This document shows positions 24,901 to 36,900 of a stretch of DNA of 64,000 bases, piece after piece. The position numbers were made by a program, and so were the translations under genes. The stretch spans positions 448,266 through 512,265 of the forward strand of contig NMRA01000046.1 of the NCBI GenBank assembly GCA_002633005.1. Direction: 5' to 3'. Origin of the DNA: Phoronis australis (taxonomy: Eukaryota; Animalia; Phoronida). How positions within the stretch are numbered: the stretch's first letter is position 1; each line of letters starts with the position of its first letter. A model generated the notes under the pieces. That model was not told the DNA's origin. It searched no databases and saw nothing but the letters and a program-made list of their open reading frames with translations.

Positions 24901-27900
24901 TCTGAAGGAGGGCATGTTTCAAGGTGTAGTTGTGAAGGGTGCAGGGGTGGTGTAAGGAAACATGCCTTGTGCCCAAATGCTCACTTTAATGTGAGGGAAC
25001 TCCAGAGAGGGGATCTGGACAGTTTGGTCTGGGAAGTCGTTCCATAAAACTGGGGAAGGGAAAAATGAGTTCTGTAGTACGATATGTGTCATTGTAGAGC
25101 CTGAAAGTAGGGTCTGTGGCTGTCACAAGTAGGTGTAGATATGGGCAGGTATAGATATGTCGGTGAAAAGTAAGGAAATGTGATCAAAATATATTAAAGA
25201 CTTGAATGCTATCTGAAAAAGAAGAGAATGGAGTAAAGGATATAATGTGTTAAGCATATTGTGCCATAGTAAGGCAGCCTTGTTAATGAAATGTCCACAC
25301 CTGTTGTTTGCAGTGTCTGGTAAAGGAGAATCCAAGAAGACGTCTCAGTTCACACGTCTGAATGCATACCGCTGTAAATATAAGAACTGTGGAGAAGTGG
25401 TTGATGTGTCACCGATGTTGGGCAAAAGGTATCTCAGTCGTTAGTTGAATCCATGTTTATGGGATTATTAATTTGATATCCCTGTGTTCTTGGCTACTCC
25501 TCTCATACCGTACATTTCTCAAGGTTGAGAGTTCTTGATAATTCATTGGTGGCCTACACTGAGTATATTAAGGATTTATGTGTGTATACCCTGACTTTCT
25601 TCAACTTAATAAATCGCTCTACGAAATAAGAATTGCAGGTTTTATATCTTAATAAGACCTCATGAAAATATTCACACGGCGCATCAACCTCGGCTAATAA
25701 CAAACTCATATAAAAATACGTGTAGTTTAACATATTTATTTGCATTTGAGAGACTAGATTCTTCATGCATTTCTGTGCAGGCCAGAAAATGCAAAGATGT
25801 GGTCCAATCCCAATTCATGGACTAATGTTGAACCTGGTTGGGGTGGTTACCTTGGCGATGGTGAATTTGACCTACCAGTGGAGGGAGATGATGTCATGAT
25901 TCCAGGAGGTGAGATTTCATTGGTGTTACTTTGTCTGACAACTAGTGACGTTTGAATCAGTTTACGATTTTGAGTATTTAAGATATTATTTCTGATTGAT
26001 CATTAGTTAAAATTTTCATTAAAAACTAATTTCAACACAAACTAAATATAAGTCAAACCTAATTCCAATGTGATGTTCTTGGGATGTCATTTCTTGAGTT
26101 TGATTGTTGAATTTCTGGTTGTGTACCAACATAATTAGTCTGATGTGTATGATGTCAATCCTCTTCTTATATATCAACTCTGAGAAAAATTGATTGAGAA
26201 AAGCGCTAATACATAAAATGATCCTATTTTAGTGATATGTCTTGACTAATGAAACCTCTGTGTTCTTAATGCAGAAAAGGAAAATTGAGTGTCATCAGTG
26301 GTGGACACTTTTTTATTCACTAACTGTTGTTTAGAAAATATTGTTTACTTTACGTAAACACGTCATTTTTGTCACCAACCATTGGTTTGCAGGAGACTGG
26401 ATTATTGCGGACGTTGACCTTCCAAAAATGAACAAGTTGTACATCTATGGGACACTAGAACTTGATGACACTCGACACCACCTATTGGAGGCGACCTACA
26501 TCATCATCCAAGGAGGTCGTCTGGTTGTGGGATACCCAGATTCACCATTCACACATAATGTCAAGATTGTGCTTCATGGTCATCACCGCACACCTGACAT
26601 CAACTTTCCAGATGTCACTATTGGGTCAAAGGCTATAGGTTGGTCTTTTTTCAACTCTTCTAAGCAGAGTGAATTTTTCTACTCAAATGTTCTTTAGCTC
26701 AGTTGTTCTTTTGTTAGTTTCTATTGAAAAAGAGATATTTTTATTTATAAGCTGAATTTCAAATTAACATTTGTGCAATTCTGAATATTTGATGATTACA
26801 TTTATTTGTTGTTGATGAATGCATTGTGATCATTCAGGTGTTCTTGGTGGACTAGACCTGCATGGCTCTCCAGTCAACATGCCATGGACACAATTGGCTC
26901 AGACTGCCAATGCTGGTGACAGTCTGATCATTTTGGAAGATGCTGTTGATTGGAAGCAAGGAGATGAGATTGTGCTGACCCCTACAGGTTATGATGTATA
27001 CCAAACTGAAACATTCAGGATTGCAGAGATGGTGTCGGGAAAGATCTTAAGGTTGAATGAGCCATTGAAACACAGACATCTAGGTGAGCTTGTTGCCATA
27101 TTTTGTGATTATCAGGATAAAATTGGCAAATATACGTATGAAGGAATAGGAAAGCTTACTAGTGACTCAAAGTACGTCTTGATATTATCCCAAATGAAAG
27201 TGACTAATTAAATTTATATAATTTGTCATTTAAAAGTTATTTTTTTTACATCCCATAATCACTGGTGATTGGTAAAACATTCTTTGATTGACGTTCAGGT
27301 GATGGCTACTCTGTGGATGGCAAGCAATTCAAAATGGCTGCCGAGGTCGGCCTGTTGACTCGCAACATTGTGATTGAAGGATACGAGGAGGATACAATGT
27401 TCCAACAGAACTATGGTGCTCGTGTGGTGGTCTCAACCACTGGCATGGACGATGGCAAGAGATACAAAGGTCAGGTATAAAGAAGGACAGTGTTAATACA
27501 TTAGTTAATTGTCCATTGCTCTCATCTAATATTAATGAGTTTTGTTGTAAATTACCAGGTCATTTTAATATCTCGTGCAGTATATTCACTTTTGAATCAT
27601 TGCAAAATTAGTTTTCCTCCATTCTGCAGGATGATTGACACTGGAGTAAACGTGAGCATGGTATGAACGACTGAACCATATCAGTAGTAATGTTCAATTA
27701 CATCTAGAAGGGGAGATCACCATGTTCAGTGTTTTGAGTTATTTTTTGTCAACAATTTGGTCATAGTTGATAGTTTCAAAAATGATTATTCTGAGTTCAG
27801 TCTGGAGTGGACGTTAGACTGAAGAATATATCAGTTAGTTGTGACTCAACATTGTTATAGCTTGAGATCACTTAAAAATACTGTTAATTGTCAATTTGAG

Positions 27901-30900
27901 TGTGGTGAGACATATTATTATCACCACAGGATTTGGCCGTGTTTCCAATGTGGAGTTCCGTCATACTGGACAGGAAGGCTTCGTTGATCCTCATGATCCT
28001 CGATTTTCATTGTCATTCCTCAATGTTGGTGACATCACTGAAGAACTGCCGTCCTATGTCAAGTCTTGCTCCTTCCATGATGGGTTCTCCACAGCCATTG
28101 GTAAGGATGATGACTATCTGGGTTTTTGTTAAAATACCATTCTATGCGCACACTTAATGTTGTTTTCTTGTGAACATACAAATTGGTCATTTGTTGCCAA
28201 CTCTAATGACACTTAACATATTGAAGAAATTTTACCTGTTGTTAACCTCAGTTTGTTGAATTCAGTCATATACTATCATAGCTTTTTATCCCACTATATT
28301 TGGCCCGTGTTCCATGTCAGGTGTGTTTGGAACCAACAACTTGGAAGTTGTGGACAATGTGATCCACCACACTGTCAGTCATGGTATTGAGGTCGAAGGT
28401 CAAGGCAGTAGACTGTTAGGAAACCTTGTCACTCTGACACTGTTCCCGGGCACGTACAATGGACGGTTGGAGGCAGAGAACCTTAACTGGGTAGCTGCCA
28501 TTATGGTAAGGTGTGGGTTGTGTGTGGTAGGCACAGCACAAAATTCCTGAATGAACCTAGTGTGATCATGTTCTTTTTAGTTATACCTAAGGCGATATTT
28601 TTTCAACAGTTCCGCACTTTTTTAATATCCACTTAGGGCCATAAAAAATGGTATGTAACAAATCTATACCTTACCCTAAACATGTTTACAATGTTACATT
28701 TTTATTTACTCAATTAGCATTTTCTTAATTAGAAGTTCAATTTTTCCCTTGCGGAATATTCCGCACTCAGTGCGGAATATTCCGCAAAATCTGTGTAATA
28801 TTCCGAAGGTCAGAAGTTGCGATCCTACCGGCGAACTTTGAAAGCTGAAGTTCCCGCCCTTTGCGTACGTGCTGCCGGGAATTGCCGTGTTGTTAAACAT
28901 TAAAATGTCAAATATGTGCACAAAGACTTTTAAATGTCATATCAACAGCATTTATTTTTATCAAATACAAACAATAATTCATTGAAATACAAACAGTTTC
29001 AAGTAACGCCAATTAAAGACAAGTATAAGTGGTGGCATTTTGGAAACGAACATTTGACTGACAGGACCGCAATGGCTAACTTTTGGCCTATTTAAAAATT
29101 ATTGCGACCGCGGTAAAAGTTGGAGCGTGCGCAGTACAAAAATTTTGATTTCACGATTTTGGGAACTGAAATAGGGACTGCTCGAAGAAAAAGTTTCATA
29201 ACGGGAGTATTTGTTCGAGTTGGAAGAACTTAAACACATCGACAACCTCCTAAGGTGTTCGTCTATGCGCAAAAGGTAGTTATAACAACGTGATTTTGAT
29301 GGTTTAGTCGGTGCGAGGCATAATTCGCCGAAAAGCTTCCGGCGTACAGAGCGCCTATAGCCTCTACATCGCCTCTGGTTCGGACCAACAGAGGCGATGG
29401 TCATTGCCTATTGTCAAAGTTGCCATTTTTCCAGTTTAACAAGTAGCGAAGTAAATGTTTTCACCCTTTTTACTTTTGTTGAAAATTTGACAAAATAAAA
29501 TTTTACTGTTCCACCCTATTGCGTTATAAATTGAGAAATCTTTACTTCAATGTATAGAGACCCTATCACTCTAGCCAAGGTGTGGGAAATCTTTCTTAGC
29601 CACTGAAGTTAAATTGCCAATCTCCTGTTGTCCTCTGCATGGTAATGTGATGCAAACAGAGCAATAAATGGTCATTACAGCTTGGAGGTCAACCTGCCAG
29701 TGTGTCAACTGGTTTATAACAGTTAGACTTTGATTCAGAGATTTTGAGATTGTACACCCAGAAATTAGGAACCTGGTGGAAAGCAGTGGTATAAAGTAGA
29801 GGTTTAAAGATGGTAAAAAGTAAAAGTGCATACAAAGAAAAGAAAAAAAAATACAAATTTATCAAAGACAGAACAACAAATTTCAGGCCAAAAGAATCCT
29901 CAAATATAACACATGAATTGAATGTAGAGAATACAGAGCTTTTGTGACAAACTTGTTCACTGTTTTGGGTACTACATTTGCTTATAGTGGTATGAAAAGT
30001 ATCCATGAAAACTCCAGCATAGAATGAACTTAAAGTTTAATAAGTTATTATGCACCTAAAATACTTTAATTCTAAGGTGATTGCATTAGAATTAAATGGT
30101 CAAGTTCTAAGAATGAAAGCGCTCCGAGGAGAGAACCTTGGCGAAATTAACCAAAAAGATGACGATAAAGATGATGACGAAGATGACGAATATGACAACG
30201 ATGGTGGCGAGGATGAACAAAAGAAGTAATAATGACATACACATGACGAACGTAGGAGTCCGAAATCAGTAAGAAAAAGGCTACAGTCTTGTGCGACACT
30301 TGGCGAAATTAACAGAAAAGACAACGACGGAGATGATGACGAAGATGATGACGATGATGACGAATATGACGATGGTGGTGGCGATGATGAACAACATCAC
30401 AACGTTCACATGACGAACTTAGATGTCATAAATCAATAAGAAATAGGCTACAGTCTAGTTCAATAGAAGATAAACCAACATCAATGCAGCAAGAGCGCTC
30501 AAAGGAACAGCGTTATCAGAAAATCTCAGATAACTCAACAAGTAGACGTCCTAGCGAAAAATGGAAAACGTCTTCTGAAAGCCCGTTCAAAATTCTATCT
30601 AAACTGATGGTATCGCCTAATTCCGTAAATTTTTCAAAAAAATGAAATTTTGCATTTTTTTTAAGAAATTCAAAGTCAAATAACTCGAAAACGGTAAGTC
30701 TGAGAAAAAAATTTGAAAGATTATACTTCAAAGAATCCACATGCAAAAAATCACGTCTTTTTCTCTTCCCGTTTAAAATCACACTCCAGCACGACTGAAA
30801 ATAGGTCAACATGCGCCAGATCCGCCATCTTGAAAGCAACTTCCGGTTTTTTAGCTTTGTGTAATAGCATGTCATAAGAAACTAATACCTGTAAAAATTC

Positions 30901-33900
30901 GAATTGGTCTTATAATGCGCCCTCTACAGGAGAAAACGTTTTTAGGCCAAATTCGAGGTGCGCATGCGCGATCGCCGATATTTCCGCCATCTTTAACCGG
31001 AAGTAAACAATTTTGGGTATATTTGTAGAAAACTTCCGGTCCATTTACTGTGCCAATTCTTAGCTTTTTAGGTAAAAAATTGTAGCCTCCAGAAGCATTT
31101 GAACCTTTAAATGAAAACAAAATGGCTGCCACAGCCGCCATCTTGGATCCGATTTTGACGAAAAACAATAGGCTTCCAGTACTTTCGGAAGTACATGTTA
31201 TGTGTAAATTTCGTGATGATCGGACGAAAATTGCGACCTGTAGCGTGCGAACAAACAAAAAAAAAANNNNNNNNNNNNNNNNNNNNNNNNNNNNNNNNNN
31301 NNNNNNNNNNNNNNNNNNNNNNNNNNNNNNNNNNNNNNNNNNNNNNNNNNNNNNNNNNNNNNNNNNNNNNNNNNNNNNNNNNNNNNNNNNNNNNNNNNNN
31401 NNNNNNNNNNNNNNNNNNNNNNNNNNNNNNNNNNNNNNNNNNNNNNNNNNNNNNNNNNNNNNNNNNNNNNNNNNNNNNNNNNNNNNNNNNNNNNNNNNNN
31501 NNNNNNNNNNNNNNNNNNNNNNNNNNNNNNNNNNNNNNNNNNNNNNNNNNNNNNNNNNNNNNNNNNNNNNNNNNNNNNNNNNNNNNNNNNNNNNNNNNNN
31601 NNNNNNNNNNNNNNNNNNNNNNNNNNNNNNNNNNNNNNNNNNNNNNNNNNNNNNNNNNNNNNNNNNNNNNNNNNNNNNNNNNNNNNNNNNNNNNNNNNNN
31701 NNNNNNNNNNNNNNNNNNNNNNNNNNNNNNNNNNNNNNNNNNNNNNNNNNNNNNNNNNNNNNNNNNNNNNNNNNNNNNNNNNNNNNNNNNNNNNNNNNNN
31801 NNNNNNNNNNNNNNNNNNNNNNNNNNNNNNNNNNNNNNNNNNNNNNNNNNNNNNNNNNNNNNNAGCAAGTTCATCACTGATTAATTATGGTTCATGTTGA
31901 CACATTGATATGTCCATGTGTTATTGACTATAGAATGTATTTCAACTTTAATTCGCAAGCATCAATTTAAAAAAATGTGAGCTCCACAAAACCATTGTTT
32001 GCGGAACGGTTCAGTAGCTGTCATATTGACCACCTAATTATTGTCAGGATTGTCAGATTGATACTTTCAAGTGGCATTGATAATAGAATGCATTTTAAGT
32101 TCATTGGGCAAAACAAATACCAAGCAAAACCATTCTGTTTGGGAAAGCGCTCCCCATGCGGAATGATTCCGCTTGCGGAACGGTTCCGCAACTGTCACAT
32201 TGATCAACTAATTACAGTTAGGATTGTCACATCGATACTTTCAGGTGGCATTGATAATGGAATGCATTTTCAGTTGATTGGTGAAATAAAAACCCCCTCA
32301 AAACCATTGTTTCGGAAATCGCTCCCCAAGCAGAATTTTTCCGCATGCGGAATGGTTCCCCTACTGTCACTTTTGTTAATTAATTATTGTTAGGGTAGAA
32401 GTTCTCATACTTTTATGTTTAATGGTTGTTGCACGTTAAGATTCGAACATTTCATGGCTTGTGTTAAGGTTCTACCAAAAGTGGTAAAATGGCATAGACA
32501 AGATGTCAATTTTTCCCTGAGTCTGTTTGAGGTAGGTTTCTTCATCACAAACCATTCAGCAAGTTCCCCACTGATTAATCATTGTTCTTGCTGACACATT
32601 GATTTTTTCATGTGTTATTGAGAATAGAATATATTTCAACTTAAATGTGCAAGAAAAATTTTTAAACAATTGTGAGCTCCTCAAAACTATTGTTTGCGGA
32701 ACCGTTCCGCATGCGGAACGGTTCCGCAAACTAATTATTGTTATGGATTGTCACATTGATACTTTCAAGTGGCATTGATAATGGAATGCACTTAAAGTTG
32801 CTTGGACAAAAATACCCTGCAAAACCATTCTGTTCAGGAAATCACTCCCCATGCGGATTGGTTTGAATGCGGAACGGATCCGCATACGGAACGGTTCCGC
32901 AAGTATCACTTTTATTAATTAACTATTGTTGGGGTAAAAATTCTGATACTTTTATGTTTAATGCTTGTTCCACATTAAGATACGTATATTTCGTGGCTTG
33001 TGTTAAGGTTCTACCAAAAGTGGTAAAATGGCATAGACAATATGTCAATTTTTCCCCTGAGTCGGCTTGGGGTAGATTTCTGCATCACAAATCATTCAGC
33101 AAGTTCCCCACTGGTTAATCATTATTCATGTTGACACATTGATATTCTCATATGCTATTGAGAATAGAATATATTTCAAGTGAAATTTGCAAGAAAATTT
33201 TTTAAAAAAAATTGTGAGGATCACAAAAGTATTGTTTGCGGAACGGTTCCGCATGCGGAACGGTTCCGCAACTGTTACATTGATCAACTTATTACTGTTA
33301 GGATTGTCACATCGAAAGCTTTAAGTGGCATTGATAATGGAATGCATTTTAAGATGGTTGGTGAAAAGAAATACCCCAGCAAATCATTTTGTTTGGGAAA
33401 TCGATCCCCATGCAGAACTGTTCCGCATGCGGAACGGTTCCGCAACTGTCACTTTTATTAATTAAATATTGTTGGGGTAGAAATTCCGTATTGAGAATAG
33501 AGTATATTTCAACTGAAATGTGCAAGAAAAAATTTTTAAATCTTGTGAGGATCACAAAAGTATTGTTTGCGGAACGGTTCCGCATGCGGAACGGTTCCGC
33601 AACTGTCACATTGATCAAGTAATTATTATTAGTATTGTCACATTGATACTTTCAAGTGGTATTGATTATGAAATGCATTTTAACTTTATTGGTCATGAGA
33701 ATTTAAAAAATTGCGGAACCATTCCGCATGTGGAACCCTTCTGCAACAGTCACATTGATTAATATATTATTGAGAGTGGACACATTATACTCTCAAGTAC
33801 TATTGAGAATGGAATGTAATTCATGTTTAATGGGCCAGGAGAAAATTAAAAACTTTAGTCCTGTGCTAAACTTTTCTGTTTGTGGAACTCTTCTGGAACT

Positions 33901-36900
33901 TTCACATTGATTTTTAAAAATAAATTATTATTTTGATTATTATTCCACAAAATATACATAATATTTCTCAAGTCACAGTATTCCACAAAACTTGCGCAGT
34001 GCGTAATATTCCGCAAAATCTGCATAATATTCCGCAAAATCTGCGTAATATTCCGCACACTTGCGGAATATTCCGCACACCTGCGGAACATTCCACACTG
34101 AGTGCGGAATGTTCCGCAGATTTTGCGGAATATTACGTAGATTTTGCGGAATATTACGCAGATTTTGCGGAATATTATGCAGATTTTGCGGAATATTCCG
34201 CAAGGCGAAAATTGAACTTCTAATTAAGCAAATGCTAATTGAGGAAATAAAAATGTAACATTGTAAACATGTTTAGGGTAAGGTATAGATTTGTTATATA
34301 CCATTTTTATGGCCCTAAGTGGATATTGAAAAAGTGCGGAACCGTTCCGCACACTTTGAGACTAAATAATATTGTCTCATTTGAAAAAATATCGCCTTAC
34401 CTGTTATTTCAGATGTGAGTAAAATGGTGGTGAGGTATTAATATTCACTATGTGGTCTGAGATCAGTGCTTTGTATTTGCTGATCAAAAATATAGCTGAA
34501 CAGAATGGAAAGTCACTAATTGCTCTAGTGAAAAAATATCCTACTCATTGGAATGCTTGCATTCAGTTAATTCAAAAGCTGCTGATGTTGAATGAGACAG
34601 AATGGTGTACCTGGATCAATGTTTGGTTACTGGACAAATGGCTCAAACTCAAATCATTGGTATTTTTCTAGACTTCAAAAGCTGCTGATGTTATCCTGAG
34701 AAAGAATGCTGTAGCCGGATCAGAGATGCTGGGTTATTGGACAAATGGTGAAAAATGTAGTGATGACGAGTCTTCCACCAGGTGGCAGGACAACTCTGTT
34801 CACTCCTGTCTTCATGGAGTTCACATGTTCAAATATAATGGACATCCTGGGTGCTCTAAGATTGCAAACTTCTTTGCATATAGGAATTTTGATTATGGCA
34901 AGTCCCATAATACTAATTTAATATAATTTTACTTGTCGTTTCAAGAAGCCATTATTACATGGATAGTGAAGGGATTATTTGAAGACAATACCTGTTTAAT
35001 ATTCAAAGTGGTTGCCGGGTATGTTTTATGACTCACACAGTAGTGAGATGTTTTCATGATTTGTTTTCGCATTTTGTATCATTTGTTAGATTTATTTGAA
35101 ATTTTTACTGATAAGAACAAATAACCCCAACGTAGCATTATACCGTACTCGTACGCTTTACTACCCAGGGCGCTTAAATTGAGAATCTAAAAAACGGGGG
35201 GTGGGCAGTAAACCGAGCATGGGCGGTTAAAATCAAAATTTTTGAAAAGTCGGGAGTTGTTGCTTACTGCACGGAGGACCGATTTTACCCTCACGGAGCT
35301 ACATTGACATCAGACTCCAAGCATATCAGTTAAATTATAGGTCGGGGGATTGAAGTAATGTACTTCAACGGCCTGCGCACACGATACAGTGGTGTCATGA
35401 TCCCGAGCGTGATTGGGTTTTTACGTACGTCGGTCGCTGCTCATCATCTCTTACATTTAAGGTATTCCTACAGGTAGGCATGCGTTCAGTAGGGCACATT
35501 TTCTTGAGACAAAAGACAGATCAAACAAGACTCCACTAGTTTGCGGTGTATTTCTAAGGGAAGCACTTGACTGTGTAAAAATTTACTTCCCGCAGGACAC
35601 TTAAGCAACCAAGCATGTGCTAATGATTGACAGCTCTTCTTATTGAATCTTTGAAGAATGTAACATTTTAATGTATACATATTTCATTTTTAGTTCAACG
35701 CCAACACCGCTCTTGTTAAAGCACGTGCTCAACAATCGGACGATACTACTATTAGGCAATAGGGGTGCTCGTTCGCGTTCCAAAATAATAACATAATGAA
35801 GCAAAAACACATCATGTAAAAAGTCATCAGGTAAATCAAAAGTTTTTGACCACGTGGATGTGGACAGAACGTTTGACTTGCGCTTAATGACAGGTTGATT
35901 TTTTGCGCTGTTGCCTTTGGTTGGGCACTTCCATTTTGGTGTCAGGAGTGAAAGTCATTGTGTTTAACCAAGACTGGGAACAGCAACATAAGACAGTTGG
36001 CTTGTCACGATGGACCATGTCTTTTCTTATTTCGATGCGCAGGGTGGTTATGTTTCATGTATTGTCACGGGGAATCACTGAAAGGTTGGCCACGGACGTG
36101 AAATCCCTGTCAAGTACCGCTTTGCTGGTTCTTCTTCAGCAAATGAAATACATTTGACAAGCGCTGTCTCAGTGATCAGTAGATGCCGACACAAGTTACA
36201 CACGTGAGCTAAAGGAAACAATTGTGTCTCCTTCAATAAAGGGCATGAGAATACGGGTATTTTACCGCCGTAGTAAGGCAAGGTTCCTGTTCCGCTAAAA
36301 TTGATTGACTGTCACAGAAAGGTAAGCGAGTTGCACATGTTTTAGAATATTATTTTTGTGCAACTAACGTTCACAGAAGCACAAACACTTAAGGAAGTTT
36401 CGATCATGAAAAATTGGGGGTGGGCGGTAAGCCGAGAACGGGCGCTTAAAAATGAAAAAATGAAATTTTCGGAGGTGGGTGGTAAGCCGAGCATGAGTCG
36501 TAACCCGGACGAGTACGGTAGTTTATTTTGCCATATATCTGGCAGAACTTGAAGAGCATTATGGACATTCCAACTAAATATCAAGAATATACTGAACTTA
36601 ACCTTTCGCCGTTTTATTTTCTTTGTCAGGAATCTACTTTCAAACAAAAGTGAATATGGAGGTAGCTGACTGTATTCTGGCTGAAAATGGTGTAAATGTC
36701 ATGCCCATGGGCTTTGATCCACCCAGTCTGACCCACAGGATATCGGACAAATATGCCAGTATCTCTCGGACTCTTGTAGTGGGCTCCACTGACAGTTATG
36801 ACTGCAGTATGGATCAGATCACACCTGTTATACACACAAAGCCAACGTAAGCTTGTCTTCTGTTTATCATGATACATACCATCTAATACACAGCAGCTAT

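Larger units (their letters stand above)
28588..34399. mobile_element. ~5.8-kb foldback-like non-autonomous DNA transposon with ~220-bp TIRs and palindromic internal satellites
   Basis: TAAGGCGATATTTTTTCAA...GGGCCATAAAAAATGGTAT...GCGGAATATTCCGC (28588-28805) is the reverse complement of ~34140-34399 (...TTGAAAAAATATCGCCTTA); flanks allow a TA or ACCT duplication; spans an N gap. Confidence 0.82.

Noticed and set aside
31107-31884. Long ORFs through poly-N
   Set aside because: Assembly-gap artefacts; same for 52916-53749
33855-34258. Repetitive ORFs (RNIPQNL / AEYYADF)
   Set aside because: Translations of a 21-bp palindromic satellite
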